Shown here piece by piece: positions 1 to 9,743 of a stretch of DNA of 64,000 bases (position 1 is the first letter of the stretch; each line of letters starts with the position of its first letter). The stretch comes from an uncultured Acidimicrobiia bacterium (GTDB taxonomy: Bacteria; Actinomycetota; Acidimicrobiia; Spongiisociales; UBA5794). The notes under the pieces were generated by a model that worked only from the letters and a program-made list of their open reading frames with translations, did not search any database and was not told the DNA's origin. The stretch lies in assembly GCA_963759175.1 (NCBI GenBank), contig CAVWXP010000008.1:179041-243040 (forward strand), written 5' to 3'. The position numbers were made by a program, and so were the translations under genes.

Positions 1-150
1 GGCTTCCGGGTGTGCACGAGCGACAGCGAGGAGGTCGAGGGATGCCCGCCGAGCTGCGATCGAGTGGACCGGAATGCCCACCCGCTCTGCCACATCCATC
101 GTCTGTCGACCGATCGAGCCGGTCGCTCCGAGGACGACGAGAGGGTTCAG
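1..150 (-). CDS. dxr: 1-deoxy-D-xylulose-5-phosphate reductoisomerase, 5' end only (runs off window)
   Basis: Manual minus-strand translation gives LVVLGATGSIGRQTMDV, the Dxr NADPH-binding N-terminus; directly follows cdsA; exact start uncertain (150-165). Confidence 0.85.
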   Translation of the reverse strand, partial: MNPLVVLGATGSIGRQTMDVAERVGIPVHSIAARRASLDLLAVARAHPEA

Positions 151-1970
151 AGCAGACCAGCCCACACGAAGATCACCCATGCAGCGGGGATGACGAACAG
201 CAGACCGTCGATCCGGTCCAGGAAGCCCCCGTGGCCGGGCAGGATCGATCCCATGTCCTTCAAGCCGAGGATGCGCTTGGCCGCGGACATCGCCAGGTCA
301 CCGAGGGGCGAGAGCACGGCGACCGCTGCTCCTATCGCGAGACCTGAGGTCAGCTCGAAGGGGGGGAAGAAGTGGAGGAGCGCCCCGATCGCGAGTGCAA
401 CGATCACACCGGCGACGAGGCCCTCGATGGTCTTCTTCGGCGAGACCCACGGGGACAGTTTGTGCCGTCCGATGGCCCTACCGATGAAGTACTGGGCGAT
501 GTCCATGGCGGCGACGGTCACGACGACGCCAACGACGAGGGTCTGGTAGTCCTCAGACACGGCGATCAGCATCGCGTAGGTGCCGAGGCCGGCCCACGCC
601 ATGACGGTGATGGTCAGCGCGAGGTTCCCCATCGGGTCGGATCTTCCGGGGACGACGGCGTAGAACAGCAGGAGCATCGTTGTCACGATGAGGAACGCCG
701 TGGGAATCGCAACGGCTCCCCAGACATATCCGCCGAGGCTCGCCGCGATGATGCCGATGAAGCCGAACAGCGAGATCGGGTGCCGACCCGAACGGGTCAG
801 GGCCGTGTAGAACTCGCCCGCCCCGATGACGAACACCACCGTGGCGAGAGCGACCAATGCGGGTCGCCACAGCAAGGACGCCGCAAGGGCAGCGATCAAC
901 ACGATGGCCGTGATGACCCTGGCGATCAGATCACCGCTGGCCCGTGCGCGCACCTTGGTGAGTCCTTCGGCCTCGACGACGTCGTCGAAACCCACGACGG
1001 TCGCTTCGAGCCCCGGGATCGCTGCAGCGAGGGCCACCTGCTGCGTGTCCTCGTTGTCGGCTTCGGCGATCGCCGCTGCCAGACCAGCGTGTTCACGGGT
1101 CGCCGTCTGGACGTAATGCTCCTGGGAGAGGTCGAACACGCCGTCGGGGCTGTCGTCGTCCTGCCCTTCGAACGCATCGTCGAGATCCTCTCCGACACCC
1201 TCGATGGCGCTCTCCCCCGCGTCATCGGCGAGCGCCTCGGGATCGGGGAACGGTATGACGTCCATCTCCCCCGTGTCGTCGACGATCGGCGCAGGACCGA
1301 CGGCGCCAGGGCCGTCGTCGACGTCAGGTTGGTCAGCCGCGACGTCGATGCCCGCGATGATCGGAACTTCCTCGGTGTCGGGACGACCACCGCCATCGAA
1401 CTCGTCGAGGTCGACCGACGTCGCAGGGACCATTTCGCGAACATCACCGACGGGACCGTCGGGATCGTCTGTGGATTCTGCGATCGGGATCTCCTGCGTC
1501 TCGTCCTCCGAGTCCCACGATCCGTAGAGCGCATCGTCGCCTGACACCGGTTCATCCACATCCCCATCGGCGACGACCTCGGCACTGGGCGAAGCAGTGG
1601 CGGTGGCATCGACCCGGATCACCGGGATGGCAGCAACGGCATCGGGATCGAACGGCTCGGCGTCGGCGGTGTCGATAGCGGCTGCGGGATCACCACCGAC
1701 GTCGGATCCGCGATCATCGTTGCCGCCCTTGTCGTCGGACGCCTCCGACGCAGCTGAGTCATCGGCCTCGGCGACCACGTCGTCGGACGCCGTCACCTCC
1801 TCGGCATCGCCTGCGGTGAAGGCCATCCAATCGGCGATCTCTGCCTCGGCATCATCAGCGTCCTCGTCGTCGGCCAATGCGGCATAGGGGTCCGTCGCAG
1901 GTCCCGGCTCCTCATCGAGCCAGTCGTCGAATCCGCCGGATCCGTCCTCTGTGCGTTCGTCGTCAGCCAT
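147..1970 (-). CDS. cdsA: Phosphatidate cytidylyltransferase with ~340 aa acidic N-terminal extension
   Basis: C-terminal SPKKTIEG and KDMGSILPGHGGFLDRIDG motifs, multiple TM helices; frr-cdsA-dxr synteny; start may be 1970 or 1979. Confidence 0.93.
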   Translation of the reverse strand: MADDERTEDGSGGFDDWLDEEPGPATDPYAALADDEDADDAEAEIADWMAFTAGDAEEVTASDDVVAEADDSAASEASDDKGGNDDRGSDVGGDPAAAIDTADAEPFDPDAVAAIPVIRVDATATASPSAEVVADGDVDEPVSGDDALYGSWDSEDETQEIPIAESTDDPDGPVGDVREMVPATSVDLDEFDGGGRPDTEEVPIIAGIDVAADQPDVDDGPGAVGPAPIVDDTGEMDVIPFPDPEALADDAGESAIEGVGEDLDDAFEGQDDDSPDGVFDLSQEHYVQTATREHAGLAAAIAEADNEDTQQVALAAAIPGLEATVVGFDDVVEAEGLTKVRARASGDLIARVITAIVLIAALAASLLWRPALVALATVVFVIGAGEFYTALTRSGRHPISLFGFIGIIAASLGGYVWGAVAIPTAFLIVTTMLLLFYAVVPGRSDPMGNLALTITVMAWAGLGTYAMLIAVSEDYQTLVVGVVVTVAAMDIAQYFIGRAIGRHKLSPWVSPKKTIEGLVAGVIVALAIGALLHFFPPFELTSGLAIGAAVAVLSPLGDLAMSAAKRILGLKDMGSILPGHGGFLDRIDGLLFVIPAAWVIFVWAGLL

Positions 1971-2069
1971 GTTCACCACACGCTACCTGCGTGCTTCGTC
2001 CCTCACACGAATCCCCGGATCCGAACTCCCCCACCGCGGCCTCCGTCGAGGGGATCCGCCGGAGCGCGC

Positions 2070-2615
2070 TCACACCTCGAGGAGTTCGTCTTCCTTGCGT
2101 TGGAGCGCCTCGTCGATCGCCGCGATGTGCCGATCGGTCAGTTCCTGGAGTTCCTTCTCCGCACGATGGACGTCGTCCTCGGAGACGTCCTCTGCTTCGA
2201 TGGCGTCCTTGGCATGCCTCCGGACGTTTCGGACCGCGACCCTGCCATCTTCTGCAAGACGGTGGACCACCTTGATGAGGTCGCGGCGGCGGTCCTCCGT
2301 CAGGGCGGGAAACGCAAGGCGCATGACGTTGCCGTCGTTGGACGGGTTGAGCCCGAGATCCGATTCCTGGATGGCTCGTTCGATCGCAACCATCGCGGAC
2401 TTGTCGTAGGGCTGGATCACCAGCAGGCGCGCCTCGGGGACCGAAAAGTTGGCGAGCTGCTGGAGCGGAGTCATCGTTCCGTAGTAGTCCACCTGGACGC
2501 GGTTGAGCAATGCGGGGTTGGCGCGGCCGGTCCGCACGGTGGAGAACTCCTGGATGGCGTGGGTCACCGCCTGGTCCATCTTGGCGTTGGCTTCATCCAG
2601 CTGCTCGTTGATCAC
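2070..2615 (-). CDS. frr: Ribosome recycling factor
   Basis: [25 protein letters not shown] motifs; GTG start overlaps pyrH stop. Confidence 0.97.
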   Translation of the reverse strand: MINEQLDEANAKMDQAVTHAIQEFSTVRTGRANPALLNRVQVDYYGTMTPLQQLANFSVPEARLLVIQPYDKSAMVAIERAIQESDLGLNPSNDGNVMRLAFPALTEDRRRDLIKVVHRLAEDGRVAVRNVRRHAKDAIEAEDVSEDDVHRAEKELQELTDRHIAAIDEALQRKEDELLEV

Positions 2616-3334
2616 AGGTTCCTCCCGGCATCCACGACCGTGCCGACGGCTTCGCCACGAACGGCCCGGACGATGTTGCCCGGAACGGTCATGTTGAACA
2701 CCCTGATCGGCAGATCGTTCTCCATGCACATCGTAATCGCCGTGGTGTCCATGACACCGAGCTGCTCGGCAATGGCATGCATGTAGTCGAGCTCGGCGAG
2801 GAGTTCGGCGTCGGGATCCGTGGCAGGGTCGGCGGTGTAGATCCCCTCGACCTTCGTGGCCTTGAGGACGGCACCGGCACCGATCTCGGCTGCTCGGAGG
2901 GCGGCCGTGGTGTCCGTGGTGAAGAAGGGATTCCCCGTACCGGCGGCGAAGATGACCACTCGGCCCTTCTCGAGGTGCCGGATCGCCCGCAACCGGATGT
3001 AGGGCTCGGCGACCTCCTGGATGGTCAGGGCTGTCTGGACCCGACATTCGGCCCCAGCTCGTTCGAGGCTGTCGCGCAGCGCCAGGGCGTTGATCACCGT
3101 GGCGAGCATGCCCATGTAATCGGCGTTGGCGCGGTCCATGCCCGACGCGGCTTCGCTGAGCCCGCGGAAGATGTTCCCACCACCGACGACGACGGCCACC
3201 TCATAGCCCTCGTTCGAGACCTCGGCGATCTCCCGAGCAGTGTTGTCAACCGTCTCGGGATCGATGCCATAGCCCAGATCGGCTCTGGCGAACGCCTCGC
3301 CGGAGAGCTTGAGGACGACTCGCCGTGGTGCCAT
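2612..3334 (-). CDS. pyrH: UMP kinase
   Basis: [28 protein letters not shown] motifs. Confidence 0.98.
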   Translation of the reverse strand: MAPRRVVLKLSGEAFARADLGYGIDPETVDNTAREIAEVSNEGYEVAVVVGGGNIFRGLSEAASGMDRANADYMGMLATVINALALRDSLERAGAECRVQTALTIQEVAEPYIRLRAIRHLEKGRVVIFAAGTGNPFFTTDTTAALRAAEIGAGAVLKATKVEGIYTADPATDPDAELLAELDYMHAIAEQLGVMDTTAITMCMENDLPIRVFNMTVPGNIVRAVRGEAVGTVVDAGRNL

Positions 3335-3339
3335 CGTTG

Positions 3340-3954
3340 TCAGTTCTCCCCGATTTCGACTCTGGCCATCGACGCGACCGAGATGTTCTCGCCCATCCTG
3401 ACCGCCAGTTGCTGGACCAACTCACCGACCGTTCCCTCGAATCGGTCTGAGCGAACGAAGACCTGATCCACCAGCACGTGCTCCTTGTAGAACGAGCCGA
3501 TCCTACCTTCGACGATCTTGTCGACGATCTCGTCCGGCTTGCCCTCGTTGCGTGCCTGTGCTGCGATCAGGGTCTTCTCCTTCTCGAGCACCTCTGCCGG
3601 CACGTCGTCCCTGGTGATCCACGAGGGGCGAGCTGCCGCCGCATGCATCGCGATGTCGTTGGCCGCAGCGATGAAATCCTCGCTCTTGGCGACGAAGTCC
3701 GTCTCGGAGGCGAGCCCGACGAGGACCCCGATCACCGGTCGCCCAGCCTGATTGTGCATGTAGACGCCCACGACGCCTTCAGCCTGGGTGCGGTCGGCTC
3801 GCTTCGCCACCGCGGCCAGGCCCTGCTCGCGCAGGTAGTCCTTGGCCTTGTCCATGTCGCCACCGGTCTCGGTGAGCGCCTTCTTGGCATCCATCATGCC
3901 GGCGCCGGTCGCCTGGCGCAGGGCCTGTACGTCTTGTGCCGTGAACTCAGCCAC
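3340..3954 (-). CDS. tsf: Elongation factor Ts (short form)
   Basis: [29 protein letters not shown] motifs; between rpsB and pyrH. Confidence 0.97.
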   Translation of the reverse strand: MAEFTAQDVQALRQATGAGMMDAKKALTETGGDMDKAKDYLREQGLAAVAKRADRTQAEGVVGVYMHNQAGRPVIGVLVGLASETDFVAKSEDFIAAANDIAMHAAAARPSWITRDDVPAEVLEKEKTLIAAQARNEGKPDEIVDKIVEGRIGSFYKEHVLVDQVFVRSDRFEGTVGELVQQLAVRMGENISVASMARVEIGEN

Positions 3955-3959
3955 CTTCG

Positions 3960-4700
3960 TCACTCCTTGGCCTGTGCATCGGAATCTGCGGACTTCTTGT
4001 CCTTGCGCGCCGCCTCGGCGATCTCCTTGCCCGCGAGGCAACCGTCGGCCACGACACCGGCGATCAGCTGGGCGGCGCGGATGGCATCGTCGTTACCGGG
4101 GATCACCAAATCGACGGTATCGGGATCGCAGTTGGTGTCCACGAGGGCAATCACCGGGATGCCGAGCCGGTTGGCCTCGGCAACGGCGATGTGCTCGGCG
4201 TTGATGTCCACGACGAACACTGCATCGGGCTGGCGACGGAGGTCACGAACACCACCGAGGACCGCCTGGAGCTTCTCGAGCTCGCGCCTCAGACGGAGGC
4301 GCTCCTTCTTCGGAAGCGAGTTCATCTCGCCGCTGGTCTCCATCTGCTCGAGCTCGAGCATGTAGAGGATCCGCTTGTGGATCGTCTGGAAGTTGGTGAG
4401 CATCCCGCCGAGCCAGCGATGGTTCACATACGGCATGCCGGCACGCAGCGCCGCATCCTGGATCGCGGCCTGGGCCTGCTTCTTGGTTCCGACGAACAGG
4501 ACCGACCCGCCGCCAGCGACGATGTCCCGTGCCATGGCATAGGACTGTTCGGACGCCTCGAGGGTCTGGCGCAGGTCGAGGATGTGGATCCCATTGCGCT
4601 CCGAGAAAATGAACGGACGCATCTTGGGATTCCACCGGGAGGTCTGATGACCAAAGTGGACGCCAGCTTCGAGCAGCTCGCGCATGGCGACAACGGCCAT
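3960..4700 (-). CDS. rpsB: 30S ribosomal protein S2
   Basis: [37 protein letters not shown]. Confidence 0.99.
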   Translation of the reverse strand: MAVVAMRELLEAGVHFGHQTSRWNPKMRPFIFSERNGIHILDLRQTLEASEQSYAMARDIVAGGGSVLFVGTKKQAQAAIQDAALRAGMPYVNHRWLGGMLTNFQTIHKRILYMLELEQMETSGEMNSLPKKERLRLRRELEKLQAVLGGVRDLRRQPDAVFVVDINAEHIAVAEANRLGIPVIALVDTNCDPDTVDLVIPGNDDAIRAAQLIAGVVADGCLAGKEIAEAARKDKKSADSDAQAKE

Positions 4701-4815
4701 GGTGTTTCTCCTTGTTCGGGTTGGTGCTTCCGATCATCCTTCGAGCCCCCGAACGTCCAGGAGGACGCACCACGCGGGGATTGCGATGACCGTGTGTGAT
4801 TGCGTGGCAGTGTAG
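4701..4815 (-). promoter_or_regulatory. rpsB promoter (-10 TACACT at 4809-4814) and probable S2-autoregulatory 5' leader
   Basis: Leader begins with an ACACACG stretch resembling the known rpsB (t44-type) leader; AAGGAG RBS before ATG. Confidence 0.5.
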
Positions 4816-4847
4816 GGCGAAGCGGGGAGTTCTGAGCTGTCGAACTG

Positions 4848-4946
4848 TGAGCTATGAGCTATGAGCTATGAGCTCTGGTTCACGGTTGACGGTTGACGGT
4901 AAGAAGCATTGCTAACCGCGAACCGTGAACCGTTGACCGTGAACCG
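4848..4946. repeat. Composite heptamer tandem repeats: (TGAGCTA)x4 followed by inverted (CGGTTGA)n / (TGAACCG)n arrays
   Basis: Directly visible tandem 7-mers; second part forms a long imperfect hairpin just after the whiG stop. Confidence 0.85.
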
Positions 4947-4952
4947 AACTCG

Positions 4953-5726
4953 CTAGCGGTAGGCCGGTTCGATGAAACGATTGCGGAGGCTGAGAACGGC
5001 CTTCGTGTGGATCTGACAGATGCGCGATTCGGTCACGTTCAGGACCCCGCCGATCTCGGCGAGCGTGAGACCCTCGTAGTAGTAGAGCGTCAGGACCAGC
5101 CGTTCGCGGTCCGGGAGTCGGTTGATGGAGTCGGCGAGGAGGTAGCGGGTCTCCTCCTTCTCGAAGCTGCCCGACGGGTCGATCGCCTTGGGATCGGCGA
5201 TCATCTCGTTCATGGCTCCCGACTCGCGTTCGGAGGGATTGAGGAGTTCGTCGAGGGCCACGAATCCCAGATTCGCGATCTCGCCGAGGTGATCCCGCAG
5301 CGTATCGAGGGGAACCTCCATGGCCTCGGCGACCTCCTCCTCGGTGGGAGTGCGCTGGAGGCGATGCTCCAACTCGGCGAGCGTCCGCTGGATCTCGCGT
5401 GCGCGGGACCGCACCGATCGTGGAACCCAGTCGAGCGCGCGGAGTTCGTCGAGGATCGCTCCCTTGATGCGATTCACCGCATAGGTCTCGAACTTGAAGC
5501 CGCGCTCGGGTTCGAACTTGTCGACGGCATCGATGAGGCCGAACGTGCCGAAGGAGATGAGATCTGAGTGATCGACGTTCTTGGGGAGGCCCGAACCGAC
5601 GCGACCGGCGACGAACTTGACGAGCGGCGAGTAGTGGAGGATCAGTCCTTCCCTCGCGCGTTCGTCACCGGTCGCCTTGTACGACTCCCACAGGGTGTCG
5701 AGTTCATGCTGGCCCAATTCATGCAC
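4953..5726 (-). CDS. whiG: FliA/WhiG-family RNA polymerase sigma factor
   Basis: [45 protein letters not shown], region 4 ESRICQIH; next to xerC/dprA. Confidence 0.9.
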   Translation of the reverse strand: MHELGQHELDTLWESYKATGDERAREGLILHYSPLVKFVAGRVGSGLPKNVDHSDLISFGTFGLIDAVDKFEPERGFKFETYAVNRIKGAILDELRALDWVPRSVRSRAREIQRTLAELEHRLQRTPTEEEVAEAMEVPLDTLRDHLGEIANLGFVALDELLNPSERESGAMNEMIADPKAIDPSGSFEKEETRYLLADSINRLPDRERLVLTLYYYEGLTLAEIGGVLNVTESRICQIHTKAVLSLRNRFIEPAYR

Positions 5727-6594
5727 GGGGATGACTTCTTTCGTACGTCTCGTTGAGATGCGTCCGGGTTACGGCAGTGTATAGCTGCGTCGTGGCCAGC
5801 TCGGAGTGTCCGAGCAGATCCTGCACGGATCGCAGATCCGCCCCGTTCTCGAGGAGATGTGTCGCGAACGAATGCCGCAGGGCGTGGGGGAACGATCCTA
5901 TCCGCCGGTAGACCACCCGCCGGATCCCTCGTTGCCCCAGTGGGCCCCCTCGGGCGCCGACCCAGAGCGCATCGCCGGCTTCGGACCCGGCGAGTTCGAC
6001 GCGTCCTGAGGTGAGGTATCGGTCGAGGGCACGTGCAGCCTCCCCCGAGAGCGGGATGTCGCGGTCCTTGGCTCCTTTGCCTCGCACCCGCACGAACGAC
6101 CTGCCAGCCACGTCGTCCACGGTGAGCCCCGAGACCTCGGACACGCGGAACCCGCCCCCATAGAGGGTCTCGAGCAGGGCGCGGTCCCTGAGGTCTACCG
6201 GGTCGGAACCGTCGATGGCCTCGAGGAGTTGGGCGAGGGCGAGGGCGGGCACCGCCTTTGGCAATTCGTGTGGCCGCTTCGGCAGCGGCACGCCGGTTGC
6301 GGGGTTCGTTGCTGTGACGCCGTGACGGGCGCAGTCGTCCAAGAAGGCCCGCACCGAGGATGTGCGCCTGACCACGGTACGGGGGGCATACCCGCGGGTC
6401 GTGAGGTTCGCTATGAACTTGCGGACGAGCCGACGATCGATCGCGCCGACGTCCTCGACACCCCACCGACGGGCGAACTCCGTGAATCCCCCGAGGTCGC
6501 GCTCGTAGGCATCGAGGGTGTGGACGGACAGGCCACGCTCGATGCGGCAACGATGGAGGTAGTCCGCAACGGCGGCGTCGATCGGGGTGGCCAT
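5719..6594 (-). CDS. xerC: Tyrosine recombinase XerC
   Basis: Catalytic R (GGFRVSE), K (GKGAKDR), [13 protein letters not shown], and Y (TQLYT) residues. Confidence 0.9.
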   Translation of the reverse strand: MATPIDAAVADYLHRCRIERGLSVHTLDAYERDLGGFTEFARRWGVEDVGAIDRRLVRKFIANLTTRGYAPRTVVRRTSSVRAFLDDCARHGVTATNPATGVPLPKRPHELPKAVPALALAQLLEAIDGSDPVDLRDRALLETLYGGGFRVSEVSGLTVDDVAGRSFVRVRGKGAKDRDIPLSGEAARALDRYLTSGRVELAGSEAGDALWVGARGGPLGQRGIRRVVYRRIGSFPHALRHSFATHLLENGADLRSVQDLLGHSELATTQLYTAVTRTHLNETYERSHPRA

Positions 6595-6714
6595 GGTGGC
6601 ATGGTGGCCGCAGAAACGGCCAGCGTCAACGATGCGTGCGACCCATGCAAGCATCGAAGTGCGAATGGTGCGGTCCACGGCGGCCGTCGATCTCGCGGCA
6701 TCAGCCGCGTCAGA

Positions 6715-7580
6715 TCAGCCGCTCGGCACGCTGGGCACGATCAGGCCCAGTACCTCCGCGAGGTCGTCGCCACCGAAGACGGGAAAAGCTCCGTCTCGGA
6801 TGAGGAGGTTCGTGCCGATGGACGCCGGCCGGTCGATGTCGCCGGGTGTTGCGAACACGGGCACTCCCATGTCGAGGGCGAGGCCCGCCGTGATGAGCGC
6901 TCCGCCGGATGCGTTCGCCTCGACGACGAGCACCACATCGGCCATGCCGGCGATGATGCGGTTGCGTGTCGGGAACCTCCAGGCATGCGGTGGCGTCGTC
7001 GGTGGGAACTCGGACACGACGGCGCCGCCACGTTCCGTGATCGCGTCGTAGAGGCCCTGGTGCCGCCGGGGATATACGACGTCGACACCGCAGCCGAGGA
7101 CTGCCACACATCGACCATCGCGGAAAGGGCTCCCTCGTGGGCAGCGCCGTCGATGCCCTTGGCGAGTCCACTCACCACACACCACCCCATCGACGCTGCG
7201 ACAGCGCCATAGGCAAATGCGAGATCCCGCCCGTAGGTCGTGCAGGTCCTCGTCCCGACGATCGCCAATGTCGGTGCCCTTGCGATCGAGAGATCGCCGA
7301 TCGCAAACATCCATCGAGGTGCGAAGCGCGGAATCGGCGAGGCGCCGGGGATACGCCGGTCTCCTCGCGTGTCAGGAAGTCGATGCCCGCTGCGCCGAGT
7401 TGACGACGGCGTGTCGTCGCGGACGCGGCGACCTCGTCGACGACCAGTACGGTCGAGGCTGGTGCGGCCGGACACGATCGCCGAGACCGCAGCCTCGACC
7501 GTGCCGAACCGGGCGACGAGGGCGTCCACCCTGCGTGGGGCCAACCCGGCGAATGCCAGACGCAGGAGCGCATCGTCCAT
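6715..7580 (-). pseudogene. dprA: DNA-processing protein DprA, broken by several frameshifts (pseudogene or sequence error)
   Basis: AIVGTR and VVSGLAKGIDGAAH in one frame; VLGCGVD..YP, FPTRNRIIAG, SGALITA in another; follows comM with a TGATG overlap. Confidence 0.8.
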
Positions 7581-9040
7581 CACCATGCACCCCGGAAGGA
7601 CAGCGCTTCGTCGACGTGGTCCGCGTCGACGACCGTCGAACCGGCGAGATCGGCGATCGTCCGGGCGACACGCCGGATTCGGTCCCACCCACGGGCGGTG
7701 ATGTCGTCGTTCGCGAGCACGGCCAGACGCTCATCAGCACTCCGACTCGTCGGCAATGACGCGAGATCGGTACCCGAGAGGTCCCGGTTGAGGGTGCCGC
7801 GATCGCGTTGGGCACGCCGGGCCGCCGATACCCGGTCGCGCACGGTCGCCGATGGCTCCCCTGCCGGACCGGTGATCTCGGATCCCGAGAGCCTCGGCAC
7901 ATCGACGCGGAGGTCGAACCGATCGAGCAGCGGTCCCGACAACCGCCTCACGTACCGGCCGAGCGCGGCGTCGCTGCACACACACGGCCGACGATGGTCA
8001 CCTGCGTATCCACACGGACACGGATTCGTGGCCCCGATGAGCTGGATCCTCGCCGGGAACGTGGTGGTCTCAGCGGATCGGGCGACGGTGACCACCCCCG
8101 CTTCGACCGGCTGGCGCAACGCGTCGAGGACCGCAGGGGCGAACTCGCCCATCTCGTCGAGGAACAGGACTCCTCGGTGGGCACGAGAGACCTCGCCCGG
8201 ACGTGGCACGCCCACGCCTCCTCCGACGAGCGCTGCGAGCGACGAGGAGTGATGGGGTGCCCGGAAGGGCGGGACGCCGGGTTGGGGCCGGTCGAGGCCG
8301 ATCGTTGACCATACGAGGGCGACCTCGCGCTCCTCGGATTCGGTGAGGTCCGGCAGGATGCCTGCCAGGCAACGTGCGAGCAACGTCTTGCCCGCGCCCG
8401 GCGACCCACGCATGACCATGTGGTGGCCCCCGGCGGCAGCGACCTCGAGCGCCCGACGCGCCGCCCCTTGACCCCGCACGATGGAGAGGTCGGTACTGCT
8501 CACGGGCCTCGTCGACGGCTCCTCGACGGCACGACCCTCGGTCCTCCCCCGCGCTATGGCGACCGCTTCCGAGAGCGTTGCGATCCCCGCCACCTGCCGG
8601 GGATCCGCGATGCGTAGACGGGTCTGATCCGACAGCAGGCAGCGTTTTCCCTCCCGCGCTGCGACATCGAGCGCCCCAAGAGCTGCTCGCACCGGCCGAA
8701 CGGTTCCATCGAGTGTGAGCTCGCCGACCGCAACGAAAGGGTCGAACAGGTCGGAACGGTCCATCGACGCCGCGACGATCGACATGGCGATGGGGAGGTC
8801 GTAGGTGACTCCCAGTTTCGGGATGTCGGCGGGCGAGAGATTGACCGTGACCCGGCCCGTCGGGAAGTGGAAGCCCTGATGGTGGATCGCCGCTCGCACA
8901 CGTTCTCGCGATTCACGGACGGCGGTATCGGGTAGGCCGACGATGTGGAAGCTGTGGCGGCCACCGGTGGTCGTGGTTTCGATGCGGACGGGACGGGGGT
9001 CGGTTCCGACCATGGCGCAGGAGGTGACGGAGGAGTACAT
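7580..9040 (-). CDS. comM: YifB/ComM Mg-chelatase-like AAA+ ATPase
   Basis: IVGLPDTAVRESRERV, GSPGAGKT, HRGVLFLDE, LSGPLLDRFD. Confidence 0.93.
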   Translation of the reverse strand: MYSSVTSCAMVGTDPRPVRIETTTTGGRHSFHIVGLPDTAVRESRERVRAAIHHQGFHFPTGRVTVNLSPADIPKLGVTYDLPIAMSIVAASMDRSDLFDPFVAVGELTLDGTVRPVRAALGALDVAAREGKRCLLSDQTRLRIADPRQVAGIATLSEAVAIARGRTEGRAVEEPSTRPVSSTDLSIVRGQGAARRALEVAAAGGHHMVMRGSPGAGKTLLARCLAGILPDLTESEEREVALVWSTIGLDRPQPGVPPFRAPHHSSSLAALVGGGVGVPRPGEVSRAHRGVLFLDEMGEFAPAVLDALRQPVEAGVVTVARSAETTTFPARIQLIGATNPCPCGYAGDHRRPCVCSDAALGRYVRRLSGPLLDRFDLRVDVPRLSGSEITGPAGEPSATVRDRVSAARRAQRDRGTLNRDLSGTDLASLPTSRSADERLAVLANDDITARGWDRIRRVARTIADLAGSTVVDADHVDEALSFRGAW

Positions 9041-9106
9041 GGATCGAACGTACGACGCCGGTGTGACACTTCTCCGTCGGTGACGGGTCACTGATACCTT
9101 CCGTGG

Positions 9107-9372
9107 ATGCATTGGATCGTGGTAGCCATCGGAGTGGTCGTCGCTCTGGTCCTCGCCGCGGGTAGCGTCCACCTCCTGTTGACGTGGGCGAACCGACGGG
9201 GTTTGGTGTGGTATCGCGACGATGACGCCCTCCTTCGCAGAGCCTCGGGCTGATCGAGGAGATCTACCACCCCTCGGTGGAGCACGTCGTGGAGTACGAG
9301 GCGGGTGAAGCGGCGCGAGCCGACCACGCCGATACGACGGGACCCGAGAACGGTTCGGATACCGACCGCTGA
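9107..9372 (+). pseudogene. Small single-TM protein (~88 aa) with one frameshift near 9231
   Basis: Hydrophobic N-terminus MHWIVVAIGVVVALVLAAG; adding one C to the CCC run gives a continuous ORF ...WYRDDDAPPSQSLGLIEEIYHPSVEH...TDR*. Confidence 0.55.
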
Positions 9373-9468
9373 CGCGGTTCGGCTCAGCAACCCTCGAACC
9401 TCGGCGGCCGCTTCTCCATGAAGGCGGCGGCACCCTCTGCGAGACCATCCGAGGCCAGCAGGAGCGCG
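9297..9468. repeat. Left copy of imperfect ~170 bp direct repeat (3' ends of two convergent genes)
   Basis: Aligns by eye with 12230-12403; the first 77 bp have ~9 mismatches. Confidence 0.85.
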
Positions 9469-9560
9469 AGACCCTCTCCCTCTACGCCTTCGCAAACTTC
9501 ACATACAGCGAGATTGCCCCAACGTGCGATATTCCCGTGGGATCCGCTCACCGCACTTGA
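9459..9560 (+). pseudogene. Remnant resembling ECF sigma factor region 4
   Basis: Translates QERETLSLYAFANFTYSEIAPTCDIPVGSAHRT*, matching the region-4 HTH pattern; no start or region 2. Confidence 0.5.
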
Positions 9561-9743
9561 AGGACCCCTCGGCGAAGAAGTAGGAATCGTCGTATCGACA
9601 GCCATGGGTGGCTCATCACAGTGAAAGTGGCGTTCGCTGACGGCGTGCTGCCGGGCCACGTCCAACACTGCGGGAACAAGATCATGGGCAACGCGAATCC
9701 TCGCTGAGAGACCACTCGGGTCCATTTGAGGGAGGGAATTGCC

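Noticed and set aside
4953-5726. WhiG/FliA sigma as evidence of sporulation or flagella
   Set aside because: No such genes in the window; this sigma is routinely found at this locus in actinobacteria
5719-6594. Tyrosine recombinase as a phage or island integrase
   Set aside because: Conserved dprA-xerC-whiG-rpsB housekeeping context; no att site or phage genes
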